Shown here: one piece after another, positions 1-8,885 of the stretch | Layout of the letters: every line of letters starts with the position of its first letter | Numbering within the stretch: the stretch's first letter is position 1 | Source of the DNA: Cyclobacteriaceae bacterium | GTDB taxonomy: Bacteria > Bacteroidota > Bacteroidia > Cytophagales > Cyclobacteriaceae | Assembly: GCA_036771215.1 (NCBI GenBank) | Contig: DAIPHR010000001.1 | Span: 1-36,532 of the forward strand | Length of the DNA: 36,532 nucleotides | Direction of reading: 5' to 3' | The notes under the pieces: generated by a model | Told to the model about the DNA's origin: nothing | The model's database searches: none | The model's input: the letters and a program-made list of their open reading frames with translations, nothing else | Position numbers and translations under genes: made by a program

Positions 1-2040
1 CTGTTCACCCACCCCGGTTGACGTGAAGAGTAACAAATCGTTCGCCTCATCAAACGCCAACTGGCCGGGCGAATGCCACACGTCAAAACCCTTACCGAAA
101 TGAATGTCGGGTACAAAAATCTCCGTAGGCAGGTTAGTGACCCGATGCACGTGGAACCGCAGCACATACTGGCCTTCTTCATAATCAAAATAGTGCGCGA
201 GGGGCTCGCCCGCCACCTTGAATGCGTACGGACGAATAGCTGCTTCCAGCGCGCGTCCTCCGGCATCGGGGCCGCTGGCTGATTTTTTCTGCGACAAACT
301 GAAAATGGAAAGATCCTCTCCGTTCCACTGGTCACCCCGCGTGTTGTCATTATCGGCCGTGTAGTTCCACAGGGTGTAGTTGAGCAAATTCGACTCCATG
401 GCGCGGAACGACCGATCGAGCGCTTCGGCCTGGGTTGTGAAATCGCCTGTGCGGAAGGCCGCTTTTTCCTGCATATCGAACGGAATGCCAAACTCGCCTA
501 CCAACGTGGGCCGCTGACCGAGGGCGTGTACCGTTTCTTTTTTCTTGACGATCATCAGATCGTGAAAGGCCTTGCGGATGGCGGTTCTGCACAACAAGGG
601 CTTGCGGGTGCGCACATCGGCACCCACCCACGAAGAATAACTTTTCGTGAGCAACGTGATGGCATCGTACCAATGCCCGGCATTAACCATCTTGCGCGAC
701 TCCTCAGCCGAAAACCGGGGCAGCTCCGTGAACAAAGCCGCTTCATTGAAAATCAACCACGAAGAATCCACCGCGTGGATGGCTTGCTGATAACGAAGCG
801 CGAAGGGTTTGAAATAATCTTCAGAAAAGTTGACCACGCGACCATTTCGGTTCACAAAATAATCGGGTTTCAGCAGCACCGGCTGGTTGGCTGCATCGTA
901 ACCCCAAACCCCGGCTTTGCGCCAGATGTCGCTGCCGGCATCCTTCCAGGCCAGCAATCGCGAAGGGTTGAGTTGCACGCGCCTTACTTCGCGCGGACCG
1001 GTGACGGCAAACTCATATTCTCCCACTTCCACGGCATGGCCCGCACCGGCCACCATGCCCTGAAATGGTGTGGGCATGATGCCATTCACCAAAATGCCGA
1101 AAGCCTCCAGGTTGCTATTACCGATGTAGCCCGCGCTGGGTTCATTCAACGTATCGAACCCGATGACATTAGGCAGGCCCTTCAGCCGTTGTGCCAACTG
1201 GACAATAGCCTGGACGTAGTGCCGTTGCAAAAACTCTTGCGCACTCAGGCTGTCAACCCGCGTGTCGGGTGCAAAATCGTTGCCGCCAAAAAATAAGGTG
1301 AACATCGTGGCCGCAGCCAGCTTGCTGTAGTTGGTGGGCCAGATCATTTTGGGGAATGGGTCGCCCTCCACATTGTGAATAATGGCAGCGCCTGTTTCGC
1401 TGAATTTCAGCGGATCAAATCCGACTTTTTCCAACGTCCAGTAGGGCGCACCATCGCCTCCGCTGAAGCGGCTCCACACATCCTGGTGGGGGTCGATGAA
1501 TACATTGATGCCATGTTCACCCGCCTTTTTTACCAGCGCCACCACATAATCAAGGTATTCCTCGTCATACTTTCCCGGACCGGCATGTTCAATTGCTTCC
1601 CAGGTCACGAGCAACCGCACGAAACGATAGCCCCAGCGGTGAAGGCGGCCGAAATGTTCGTCTGCTTCGGAGAGCGGAAAGGGTCTACCGGTGAAGGAGG
1701 CCGTATAAACCGTTTCATAAAAGCCCTCTTTGGTGTGTGTGCCAAGCCGGGGCGAATACGGCACCTTGGTACTACCACTCACATTAATGCCATGCAGGAT
1801 CATGGCGCGGCCGGTGCGGTCAACAAACCACTCGCCCTGTGTCGTGATGTTTTTTGAGATGGAATCGCCCGGGATCTGAACGGCTTTGCCTTTTGGGATT
1901 GACTCATTGCTGACGCAGGTGAGATCATCGGTAGACACCCCCGGGAAAGGCCGGTCGCTTTGAAGATATAGTGTGGCTATTGCCGACAGCCCAAGAACCA
2001 TAAATACGATCCAAAGCGCAATCTTTTTCCAACGAGCCAT
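1..2040 (-). CDS. Glycoside hydrolase family 5, endoglycoceramidase/EGCrP-like, with N-terminal membrane anchor or signal; 3' end runs off the window
   Basis: Manual translation from ATG at 2040 gives MARWKKIALWIVFMVLGLSAIATLYL...WFVDRTGRAMILHGINVSG...RLLVTWEAIEHAGPGKYDEEYL...IDPHQDVWSRFSGGDGAP...GFDTLNEP (acid/base)...LVGEFGIP (nucleophile)...GDQWNGEDLSIFS...GGRALEAAIRPY. It is missing from the ORF track because no stop occurs inside the window. Confidence 0.9.
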   Translation of the reverse strand, partial: MARWKKIALWIVFMVLGLSAIATLYLQSDRPFPGVSTDDLTCVSNESIPKGKAVQIPGDSISKNITTQGEWFVDRTGRAMILHGINVSGSTKVPYSPRLGTHTKEGFYETVYTASFTGRPFPLSEADEHFGRLHRWGYRFVRLLVTWEAIEHAGPGKYDEEYLDYVVALVKKAGEHGINVFIDPHQDVWSRFSGGDGAPYWTLEKVGFDPLKFSETGAAIIHNVEGDPFPKMIWPTNYSKLAAATMFTLFFGGNDFAPDTRVDSLSAQEFLQRHYVQAIVQLAQRLKGLPNVIGFDTLNEPSAGYIGNSNLEAFGILVNGIMPTPFQGMVAGAGHAVEVGEYEFAVTGPREVRRVQLNPSRLLAWKDAGSDIWRKAGVWGYDAANQPVLLKPDYFVNRNGRVVNFSEDYFKPFALRYQQAIHAVDSSWLIFNEAALFTELPRFSAEESRKMVNAGHWYDAITLLTKSYSSWVGADVRTRKPLLCRTAIRKAFHDLMIVKKKETVHALGQRPTLVGEFGIPFDMQEKAAFRTGDFTTQAEALDRSFRAMESNLLNYTLWNYTADNDNTRGDQWNGEDLSIFSLSQKKSASGPDAGGRALEAAIRPYAFKVAGEPLAHYFDYEEGQYVLRFHVHRVTNLPTEIFVPDIHFGKGFDVWHSPGQLAFDEANDLLLFTSTGVGEQ

Positions 2041-2137
2041 AGGTTACAATTTCTTGAAAGATACGACACCGATCATCACAAAAATACCACGTTAGGCCAT
2101 GCAATTTCTTATCTTCACCGGCTCAACCGATCCGACC

Positions 2138-4180
2138 ATGAAAAAGTTGCTCATCCTGATCATCTGGCTTCCCTTTGTAGCGTCAGCGCAACAACGCGTT
2201 CCGTCAATCGAAGATGTTATTTCCTTGCGTAGTGTGGGGGCCGTCCAAGTATCACCCGATGGCAAAATGGTGGCCTACACCGTGCAAACCACTGACTGGA
2301 ACGAGAACCGTTACGACACCGAAATCTGGCTGTGGAAAGAGGCCGTAGGCGCATTCCCGCTTACCAATAATGCGCGCAACAACAGCGTGGGCCCGTTGTT
2401 TTCTCCGGATGGACAGTGGATTTCTTTCCTGTCGGATCGCGGTAACAAAAATCAGATTTACGTCATCCACACCGGAGGTGGCGAAGCGCGCGCGGCCACG
2501 CGCGAAGACGAGGGTGTAGCCTTCTATGAATGGCACCCGGACGGAAAAGGATTTGTTTTTGTAAAACCGGAGAAAGAAGACAAAACAAAGAAAGACCGCG
2601 AAAAAAAGTTTGGCTCCTTTGAGGCGGACGATAAAGAGTTCGTGCTTTCGCACTTGTGGCAAATTGACTTTGACCCGCTGCGGCCCGAACCAAGCGAACG
2701 ACCATGCTACGAAACGGTGGACTCACTCAAAGCGAAAGCGGGCTGTATTGAGCGGCCCAAAGCGATACGCATCACGGACGGAGCATTCACCGTGACCGGA
2801 TTTTCGGTTTCCCCCGATGGGAAGAAAATCGCCTTCAGCCATCAACCGGATCCTTTGATCAACTCATTTGTGAAGTCGGATATTTCGGTGGTCGATGTCG
2901 CAACCAGAAAAGTTACACCGGTTGTAACTAACCCGAGCGGTGATTCTTTTGAAGATTGGTCTCCCGACTCAAAAGAAATTCTCTACACGACCAATCTAAA
3001 CGATACCCTTTCAAACTTCTATACGAATTCAAAACTATTTGCCTTAAACCTGGACACCAAGGCCACACGGCAATTAGCGAAAAACCTGGACGAAGATTTG
3101 GGTGGGTTTAGCTGGGAGAGCACAGGTATTTTTGGTGCGATCTGGAACCGAACGCAGCGGCCACTGTACCGAATTGATCCCGTGTCCGGAGATTTTGCTG
3201 TGGTGAAAACTTCGCCTCATCAGTATCAGGGAATCTCATTTTCGCGCGATGGCCAAACCCTTGCCTTCACGGGCCGCAACGGTGATGAACTCACGGAGGT
3301 TTACCGAACTTCGCTCAATGGCACGGCCGAGCGTGTAAGTCAGATGAACGAACAGATCAGCGAGTGGAAGGTGGCGCAGAGCGAGGTGATCAGTTGGAAA
3401 AGTAAAGATGGCGCAACGATTGAAGGCGTGCTGCACAAGCCGAAAAATTACGATCCATCAAAAAAATATCCATTGCTGATCGTAATCCATGGCGGGCCCA
3501 CCGGCATTGATGCTCCCACGCCTGTGCCGGGCGGTGTCTACCCGATTGTGCAGTGGCTGGATAAAGGTTGCCTGGTGTTGCGACCCAACTATCGCGGCTC
3601 GGCCGGGTATGGTGAAGCGTTCCGCTCGCTCAACGTCAAGAACCTGGGTGTAGGCGACATGTGGGATGTAATGAGCGGTGTCGAGCATCTCGACAAAAAA
3701 GGAATGATTGATAAAACGCGAATGGGCTGTATGGGCTGGAGCCAGGGCGGCTACATCTCAGCTTTCCTTACCACCAACACCGATGCGTTCAAGGCAATCT
3801 CAGTGGGGGCGGGCATCAGCAACTGGATGACGTATTATGTGAACACCGACATCCATCCGTTCACGCGTCAGTATTTAAAGGCAACACCCTGGAGTGATGA
3901 AGCGATCTATAAAAAAACATCGCCCATGACCAACATCAATAAAGCCAAAACGCCCACATTGATTCAGCATGGCGAGTTTGACAGGCGCGTGCCCATTGCC
4001 AACGCCTATGAGTTGCTGCAAGGCTTGCGCGACAAAAATGTGCCGGCCGAACTGATTGTATACAAAGGATTCGGGCATGGCATTACCAAACCGAAAGAAC
4101 GCCTTGCGGCCAATTGGCATAACTGGCAGTGGTTTAACAAGTATGTGTGGGGTGATACGGTGGAGTTGGAAAGTAAGTAG
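2138..4180 (+). CDS. S9 family peptidase (prolyl oligopeptidase/acylaminoacyl peptidase-like), secreted
   Basis: Signal peptide MKKLLILIIWLPFVASAQ favours ATG 2138 over 2099. SPDG propeller repeats, HGGP, NYRGSAGYG, nucleophile GWSQGG, HGEFDRRV Asp and GFGHG His are all present. Confidence 0.93.
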   Translation: MKKLLILIIWLPFVASAQQRVPSIEDVISLRSVGAVQVSPDGKMVAYTVQTTDWNENRYDTEIWLWKEAVGAFPLTNNARNNSVGPLFSPDGQWISFLSDRGNKNQIYVIHTGGGEARAATREDEGVAFYEWHPDGKGFVFVKPEKEDKTKKDREKKFGSFEADDKEFVLSHLWQIDFDPLRPEPSERPCYETVDSLKAKAGCIERPKAIRITDGAFTVTGFSVSPDGKKIAFSHQPDPLINSFVKSDISVVDVATRKVTPVVTNPSGDSFEDWSPDSKEILYTTNLNDTLSNFYTNSKLFALNLDTKATRQLAKNLDEDLGGFSWESTGIFGAIWNRTQRPLYRIDPVSGDFAVVKTSPHQYQGISFSRDGQTLAFTGRNGDELTEVYRTSLNGTAERVSQMNEQISEWKVAQSEVISWKSKDGATIEGVLHKPKNYDPSKKYPLLIVIHGGPTGIDAPTPVPGGVYPIVQWLDKGCLVLRPNYRGSAGYGEAFRSLNVKNLGVGDMWDVMSGVEHLDKKGMIDKTRMGCMGWSQGGYISAFLTTNTDAFKAISVGAGISNWMTYYVNTDIHPFTRQYLKATPWSDEAIYKKTSPMTNINKAKTPTLIQHGEFDRRVPIANAYELLQGLRDKNVPAELIVYKGFGHGITKPKERLAANWHNWQWFNKYVWGDTVELESK

Positions 4181-4276
4181 TCGTTCAACGCCTTGAAAAG
4201 CTAGGACACCCACTCATCCCAAACCGTTTTGGGGTTTGCGTTTTTAGCTGCATGTTGAAAGACAAATTTTCTCACC

Positions 4277-6433
4277 ATGCGAAAGTTCAAAATCTCAGCC
4301 CTGCTCATCCTGTTGGCGATTGTCGCCTACGCCCAGACCAAAACCCCCATTACCGCAGGCGATCTCATGAAAATCGCCACCACAAGCCAAATTCAGATTT
4401 CGCCTGACGGCAACCGCGCGGTGCTGGTGGTGAACCGAAAAGCGCTGAAAAACGAGAGCGACTACTACTACACCCGACACTTATACTTGCTCGACCTCAC
4501 CGGCAAAGAAGAACCCCGCCAATTAACTTTTGGTGATCGAAACGATGGCGCGCCCCAATGGAGCCCGGACGGAAAACAAATTGCCTTCGTTCGCACCGAT
4601 GGCGAGAAATCTCAAATCTGGTTAATGCCGTTAGGTGGCGGTGAGCCGCGCGCCATTACCAAGGCCGAGTTTGGCGCGGCCAACCCGCGCTTCAGCCCCG
4701 ATGGCAAAAAAATTCTGTTCACCTCTGCCATACCCGATTACGCCATGGACGGTCAACTGCCCTGGCGTTATGAGCGGCCAGGACGGCAGCCGGGCGATGA
4801 GCCCAACTGGAAAAAATTAAAACCGGAAGAACGAAAAACGATCAAAGCGAGCCCTGATGGCTCGCTTGAGGAAGTGCGCGCGTGGCTTTCGCGAAATACA
4901 TGGGACGACAATCCACGTGTGCTCACACGCCAGCAACTGCAAGGCGAGCTTAATCTGCAACCTGAGATGGATTTTACCCATCTGTTTGTGCAAACACTGG
5001 GCAGCGATGAAAAGCCTATACAACTCACGAGTGGATATCAGGATTTCGAAGGAGCGGAATGGAGTCCGGATGGTAAACGGATCATTTGCCACTCGCGTGT
5101 TTACCACGTCACCCCGGATGATGAACAGGATACGGACTTGTGGATCATAGACCCCGAGACCAAAACGGCAAAGGAATTTTTAACCTGGCCCGGCTACAGC
5201 CTGAGCAACGCCAGCTTTTCACCCGATGGCACGCAAGTTCTTTTTTATGCCGAAGTACTGGCGAATCGCCACGCAACACAAACTCAGTTGGCGGTTGTCA
5301 ATGCAGCCGGTGGCAATCCCGTAGCCTTGACCGCCTCCCTTGATCGCGATGCCGGGGGCAGCGCATGGAGTGCCGATAGCAAAACAATTTTTTTCACCGC
5401 CCAAACGGAGGGGGATATCCCGTTGTTCAGCGTGCCGGCCAAGGGCGGCAGCGTGTCAAAGATTTTTGGAAACAATAATGGCATTAACGATTTTGACGTG
5501 GCCGGTGATAAGATCGTGTACGCCCTGACGGAGACGCGCAACCCGTGGGAGGTTTACCTGTATAACGCAAAGGACAAATCCAGCCGGCAGCTTACCCGGC
5601 TCAACGAAGAGTGGATCAGCAAAAAGATAATCTCGGTACCCAAGGAGTACTGGCATACACGCCCGGATGGAATGAAGATTCAGTATTGGGTGATGGAGCC
5701 CGTTGGGCGGCAGGAAGGGAAGCGATACCCCACCATACTCAACATTCATGGCGGGCCATCCGCCATGTGGGGGCCCGGCATCTTCAGTATGTGGCACGAA
5801 TACCAGGTCGAGAACAGTTGGGGCTATGGAGTAGTTTATTGTAATCCCCGGGGCAGCGGTGGCTATGGCGACAAATTCAAAAAAGGAAACTACCAAGATT
5901 GGGGAGCCGGCCCGGCAGCTGATATCCTGACCTCGTTGGATGAAGCCATCAAACAACACGGGTGGATCAACCCTGACAATCTCTTTGTTGAAGGCGGAAG
6001 CTATGCAGGATACATGGTGGCCTGGATTATAGGGCATGACAATCGTTTTAAAGCAGCCAACGCGCAACGTGGCGTATATGACCTCACCACATTTATGGGC
6101 GAAGGAAATGCGTGGCGCCTGGTGCCGACTAATTTTAGCGGATACCCATGGGAGCCCGCTACAAAAAAATTGCTGGACGAAAGTTCACCGCTCACCTACG
6201 TGGACAAGATCAACACTCCGCTGTTGATTATCCATGCCGATCAGGATTTACGAACGGGCGTAATTCAATCGGAGATGCTGTACAAGAGCCTGAAAATTCT
6301 GAACAAACCGGTTGAGTATATTCGATACCCGAAAGAAGGCCATGAGTTAACGCGTAGTGGCAATCCCGGCCGCATGATGGATCATCTGCTGAGGGTGATC
6401 GAGTTTTTCGAGCGATACGCAACGCATCCATAG
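4277..6433 (+). CDS. S9 family peptidase, secreted
   Basis: Signal peptide, WSPDG repeats, IHGGP, NPRGSGGYG, GGSYAG nucleophile, HADQDLR Asp and EGHE His. Confidence 0.93.
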   Translation: MRKFKISALLILLAIVAYAQTKTPITAGDLMKIATTSQIQISPDGNRAVLVVNRKALKNESDYYYTRHLYLLDLTGKEEPRQLTFGDRNDGAPQWSPDGKQIAFVRTDGEKSQIWLMPLGGGEPRAITKAEFGAANPRFSPDGKKILFTSAIPDYAMDGQLPWRYERPGRQPGDEPNWKKLKPEERKTIKASPDGSLEEVRAWLSRNTWDDNPRVLTRQQLQGELNLQPEMDFTHLFVQTLGSDEKPIQLTSGYQDFEGAEWSPDGKRIICHSRVYHVTPDDEQDTDLWIIDPETKTAKEFLTWPGYSLSNASFSPDGTQVLFYAEVLANRHATQTQLAVVNAAGGNPVALTASLDRDAGGSAWSADSKTIFFTAQTEGDIPLFSVPAKGGSVSKIFGNNNGINDFDVAGDKIVYALTETRNPWEVYLYNAKDKSSRQLTRLNEEWISKKIISVPKEYWHTRPDGMKIQYWVMEPVGRQEGKRYPTILNIHGGPSAMWGPGIFSMWHEYQVENSWGYGVVYCNPRGSGGYGDKFKKGNYQDWGAGPAADILTSLDEAIKQHGWINPDNLFVEGGSYAGYMVAWIIGHDNRFKAANAQRGVYDLTTFMGEGNAWRLVPTNFSGYPWEPATKKLLDESSPLTYVDKINTPLLIIHADQDLRTGVIQSEMLYKSLKILNKPVEYIRYPKEGHELTRSGNPGRMMDHLLRVIEFFERYATHP
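6338..6433 (+). repeat. Copy 1 of a 96-nt imperfect direct repeat (in-frame 3' end of the S9 peptidase gene)
   Basis: Encodes GHELTRSGNPGRMMDHLLRVIEFFERYATHP*. Aligns without gaps to 7000..7095, 78/96 identical by hand count. Confidence 0.95.
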
Positions 6434-6448
6434 CCGGATGGAGCACGT

Positions 6449-6946
6449 TCACATATAAGGGATTTTTGAAAACTCACCTCGCAGCGTTTTAACTTCCGTG
6501 CCTTTTGCGCAAAGGCTCTCAAATGAACCGGATACGGTTTTAGCCCCGCGGTCAATTTGGGTAATAATGATGGAGCCCACTACGGCCTGCGGCACTTCAA
6601 GCGAGGAATGGGGAAGCACACCTTCCAGTGTGAAAAACACAATACCCGTTGGTGCCGCAGGAAAATTTCCCTGAACCTGAAAGGAGCCGGCATCAATAGC
6701 CACCGTGGGACTAGTCGAAAACACTTCGAGCGAAATGGTAAAACCACCCTCCGAATAACGGGCAGAAACTCGCAAATCATTCTCAACCTGAGAAGCATTT
6801 TTGTCCAAGTTAGCCGTGGCATCGGTAGTGGTATATTCCTGTCCATCCACCAATACCTTTACCGCCCCGTCTGGCAACCCTGCAATTTCATCGTCTTTAC
6901 ACGACAGTACAGCAACACTAAATAATAACCAGAGGAAATAGCGCAT
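6449..6946 (-). CDS. Putative surface lipoprotein (DUF6252-like), paralog 1
   Basis: ATG 6946 gives MRYFLWLLFSVAVLS-C-KDDE, a lipobox followed by an acidic export-type motif. C-terminal GSIIITQIDRGAKTVSGSFE...GEF pattern is shared with 7164..7664. The family name is from recollection, not a search. Confidence 0.75.
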   Translation of the reverse strand: MRYFLWLLFSVAVLSCKDDEIAGLPDGAVKVLVDGQEYTTTDATANLDKNASQVENDLRVSARYSEGGFTISLEVFSTSPTVAIDAGSFQVQGNFPAAPTGIVFFTLEGVLPHSSLEVPQAVVGSIIITQIDRGAKTVSGSFESLCAKGTEVKTLRGEFSKIPYM

Positions 6947-6999
6947 GACGTAAATATTCTGCAATATCAGCATTCCCTGACAACAGTTTCAAATGATAG

Positions 7000-7095
7000 G
7001 GCCACGAACTTAAGCGCAGTGGCAACCCCGGCCGCATGATGGATCACCTGCTGCGCGTGATTGAATTCTTCGAGCGATACGCGCAGCATCCCTAA
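7000..7095 (+). repeat. Copy 2: orphan, synonymously recoded 3' end of the S9 peptidase gene
   Basis: Reads GHELKRSGNPGRMMDHLLRVIEFFERYAQHP* with no upstream homology. A 20-nt exact core CCCGGCCGCATGATGGATCA is at 6365..6384 and 7027..7046. Confidence 0.95.
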
Positions 7096-7163
7096 TTTGA
7101 AAGTCAGCAGGCAGGAATGAAACACCTTTTCTATCAGTTTAAAAAGAACTTTTGCACTGTAGT

Positions 7164-7664
7164 TCAGTTTCCAACAATCGGAACGTGTGAAAACTCCCCT
7201 CTGATAAATTTTTGAATATTCCCAATCCCCCAAATGGTACTCTCAAAATTTCCACTAACCAACTTATTTTCACGATCAAATTCAGTGATCACAATTTTTC
7301 CAGCAACTGGTTGGGGAGCAGCCGCGGACGAATAGCGACCCCCAAATTGGTTAAACACATAATCGACTCTCCCTGTCGAATAGGGGAGGCTACCTTGAAC
7401 ATCAAAGGTACCTGCGTTAACTGAGCCCCCTTGCGTTCCAACAGAGAGATGAATTATGAATCTTGGGTTATAGCGGGCGGTCAAAGTCCACCCGAACTCC
7501 ACCTGGGAAGGCAGAGGAGCCTTTTCGATATATGAATCGGCATCAGAGGTTGAGAACTCTTCACCATCAAACGTCACATTTACACGGGCTTCCGGTTTCG
7601 AGTCATCATCTTTGCATGATGCCACTACAATCAGCAATAACGAAATAATAAAACAACGCATCAT
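7164..7664 (-). CDS. Putative surface lipoprotein (DUF6252-like), paralog 2
   Basis: MMRCFIISLLLIVVAS-C-KDDD lipobox and GKIVITEFDRENKLVSGNFE...GEF. A TATCTTTG promoter box lies 8 nt upstream of the ATG. Confidence 0.75.
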   Translation of the reverse strand: MMRCFIISLLLIVVASCKDDDSKPEARVNVTFDGEEFSTSDADSYIEKAPLPSQVEFGWTLTARYNPRFIIHLSVGTQGGSVNAGTFDVQGSLPYSTGRVDYVFNQFGGRYSSAAAPQPVAGKIVITEFDRENKLVSGNFESTIWGIGNIQKFIRGEFSHVPIVGN

Positions 7665-7672
7665 ATATTCTT

Positions 7673-7680
7673 CAAAGATA
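7673..7680 (-). promoter_or_regulatory. Bacteroidota primary-sigma -7 element (TAnnTTTG) for lipoprotein paralog 2
   Basis: Minus strand reads TATCTTTG, an exact consensus match, just upstream of ATG 7664. Confidence 0.55.
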
Positions 7681-7727
7681 AAGACAACAACGAATCGGGC
7701 CAAGTACTCGTTTCATAAACATTTAAT

Positions 7728-8885
7728 TCAATTTGCCCATAAGATAAGCCCCTTAAGATATTGTCCTTCAGAGTGGAAAATGGACACCGGATGATCAGCC
7801 GGCTGGCCCATGTGCTCCAGCACTTTGATATCGCGGCCGGACTGAATGGCCGCAGATACCACCGTGTCGTAGAATAACTGACGATCGACCACCTGTGAAC
7901 ATGAAAACGTAAAGATGATTCCACCAGGGGCTATGACGCGCATGGCCTCGGCATTGAGCCGCTGGTAACCCTTCATCGCCTGGTGCTTGGAGTCTTTATG
8001 TTTGGCAAACGCGGGCGGATCCAGGATAATGAGATCGTATTTTCCGTTTTTGTCCTTCAAAAAATCAAACGTGTCAGCGGCAAACCCCTCGTGCAAGGTC
8101 TGGTCGAACCCGTTGACCGCCACGTTTTTCTTCGTTAGTTCAATCGCCCTGGCTGACGCATCCACCGAATGAACCAGTTGCGCTCCCGCGCGCAAAGCAT
8201 AGATGGAAAATCCACCCGTGTAGCAAAACGTGTTGAGCACCGTCCGTCCTTTGGCATAATCGGCCAATCGTCTTCGGTTCTCCCGTTGGTCAAGGAAGAA
8301 ACCGGTCTTCTGACCTTCCTCCCAATCAACCAAAAACTGATGCCCATGTTAGAGCACCTGGTGAGGGAAGACCGCCATACACAGTAAATACTCAGGATCT
8401 GCAGATGGCAGCACCGGTTTGTAGTAAATGCTCTTTAGCCGCTCACCCAAAACGGTTTGCAAGGCCTCGGCAATCTGGTGCCGATCGCGGTGCATGCCCA
8501 CCGAGTGGGCCTGCATGACGGCTACCCCATCGTAATAGTCAATAACCAGGCCGGGCAAGCCATCTCCCTCACCATGCACAAGTCGGTAGCAGTTGGTAAA
8601 ATCATTTTGAAGCCACTGACGCAAACTCGCTGCCGCTTGCAGACGCACCTCGTAGATCCGCGGTGGTAAAAAACTGCCAAAGTGGATCAGGCGCACCATA
8701 ATGGATCCGTTTTGATAATGGCCGAGCGCCAGGGTTTGCTGATCGTGATCTTTTACCTCAACCCAATCGCCATCCTGCGGGTCGCCTTGCTGCCGGGCTA
8801 CACCGCCCGAAAAGACCCAGGGGTGAAAACGCCTGACCGATTGATCACGCCCGGGCTTCAGAAAGAGTGTAGCTGTTATTTCCAT
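7728..8885 (-). pseudogene. rlmI: RlmI-like class I SAM-dependent 23S rRNA m5C methyltransferase interrupted by one in-frame TAA (8349..8351); possibly a sequence error
   Basis: The N part has PUA-like HPWVFSG and YRLVHGEGDGLPGLVID. The C part has GQKTGFFLDQRENR, LNTFCYTGGF, IILDPPAF, TFSCS and YLKG. Both ORFs are in the same frame: ...CAG GTG CTC TAA CAT GGG CAT CAG TTT TTG GTT GAT TGG. Confidence 0.85.

Noticed and set aside
73..1857. Plus-strand ORFs 73..282, 526..1296 and 1375..1857
   Set aside because: They are antisense shadows of the minus-strand GH5 gene, share its codon register and have no recognisable motifs.
2240..5380. Recurring SPDG-encoding segments as DNA repeats or a CRISPR-like array
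   Set aside because: They are beta-propeller protein repeats of S9 peptidases, with irregular spacing and degenerate DNA.
6338..7095. Diversity-generating retroelement VR/TR pair (repeat of a gene 3' end just downstream)
   Set aside because: Differences are not confined to adenines of either copy (many are C/T), they are overwhelmingly synonymous, and no reverse transcriptase is in the window.
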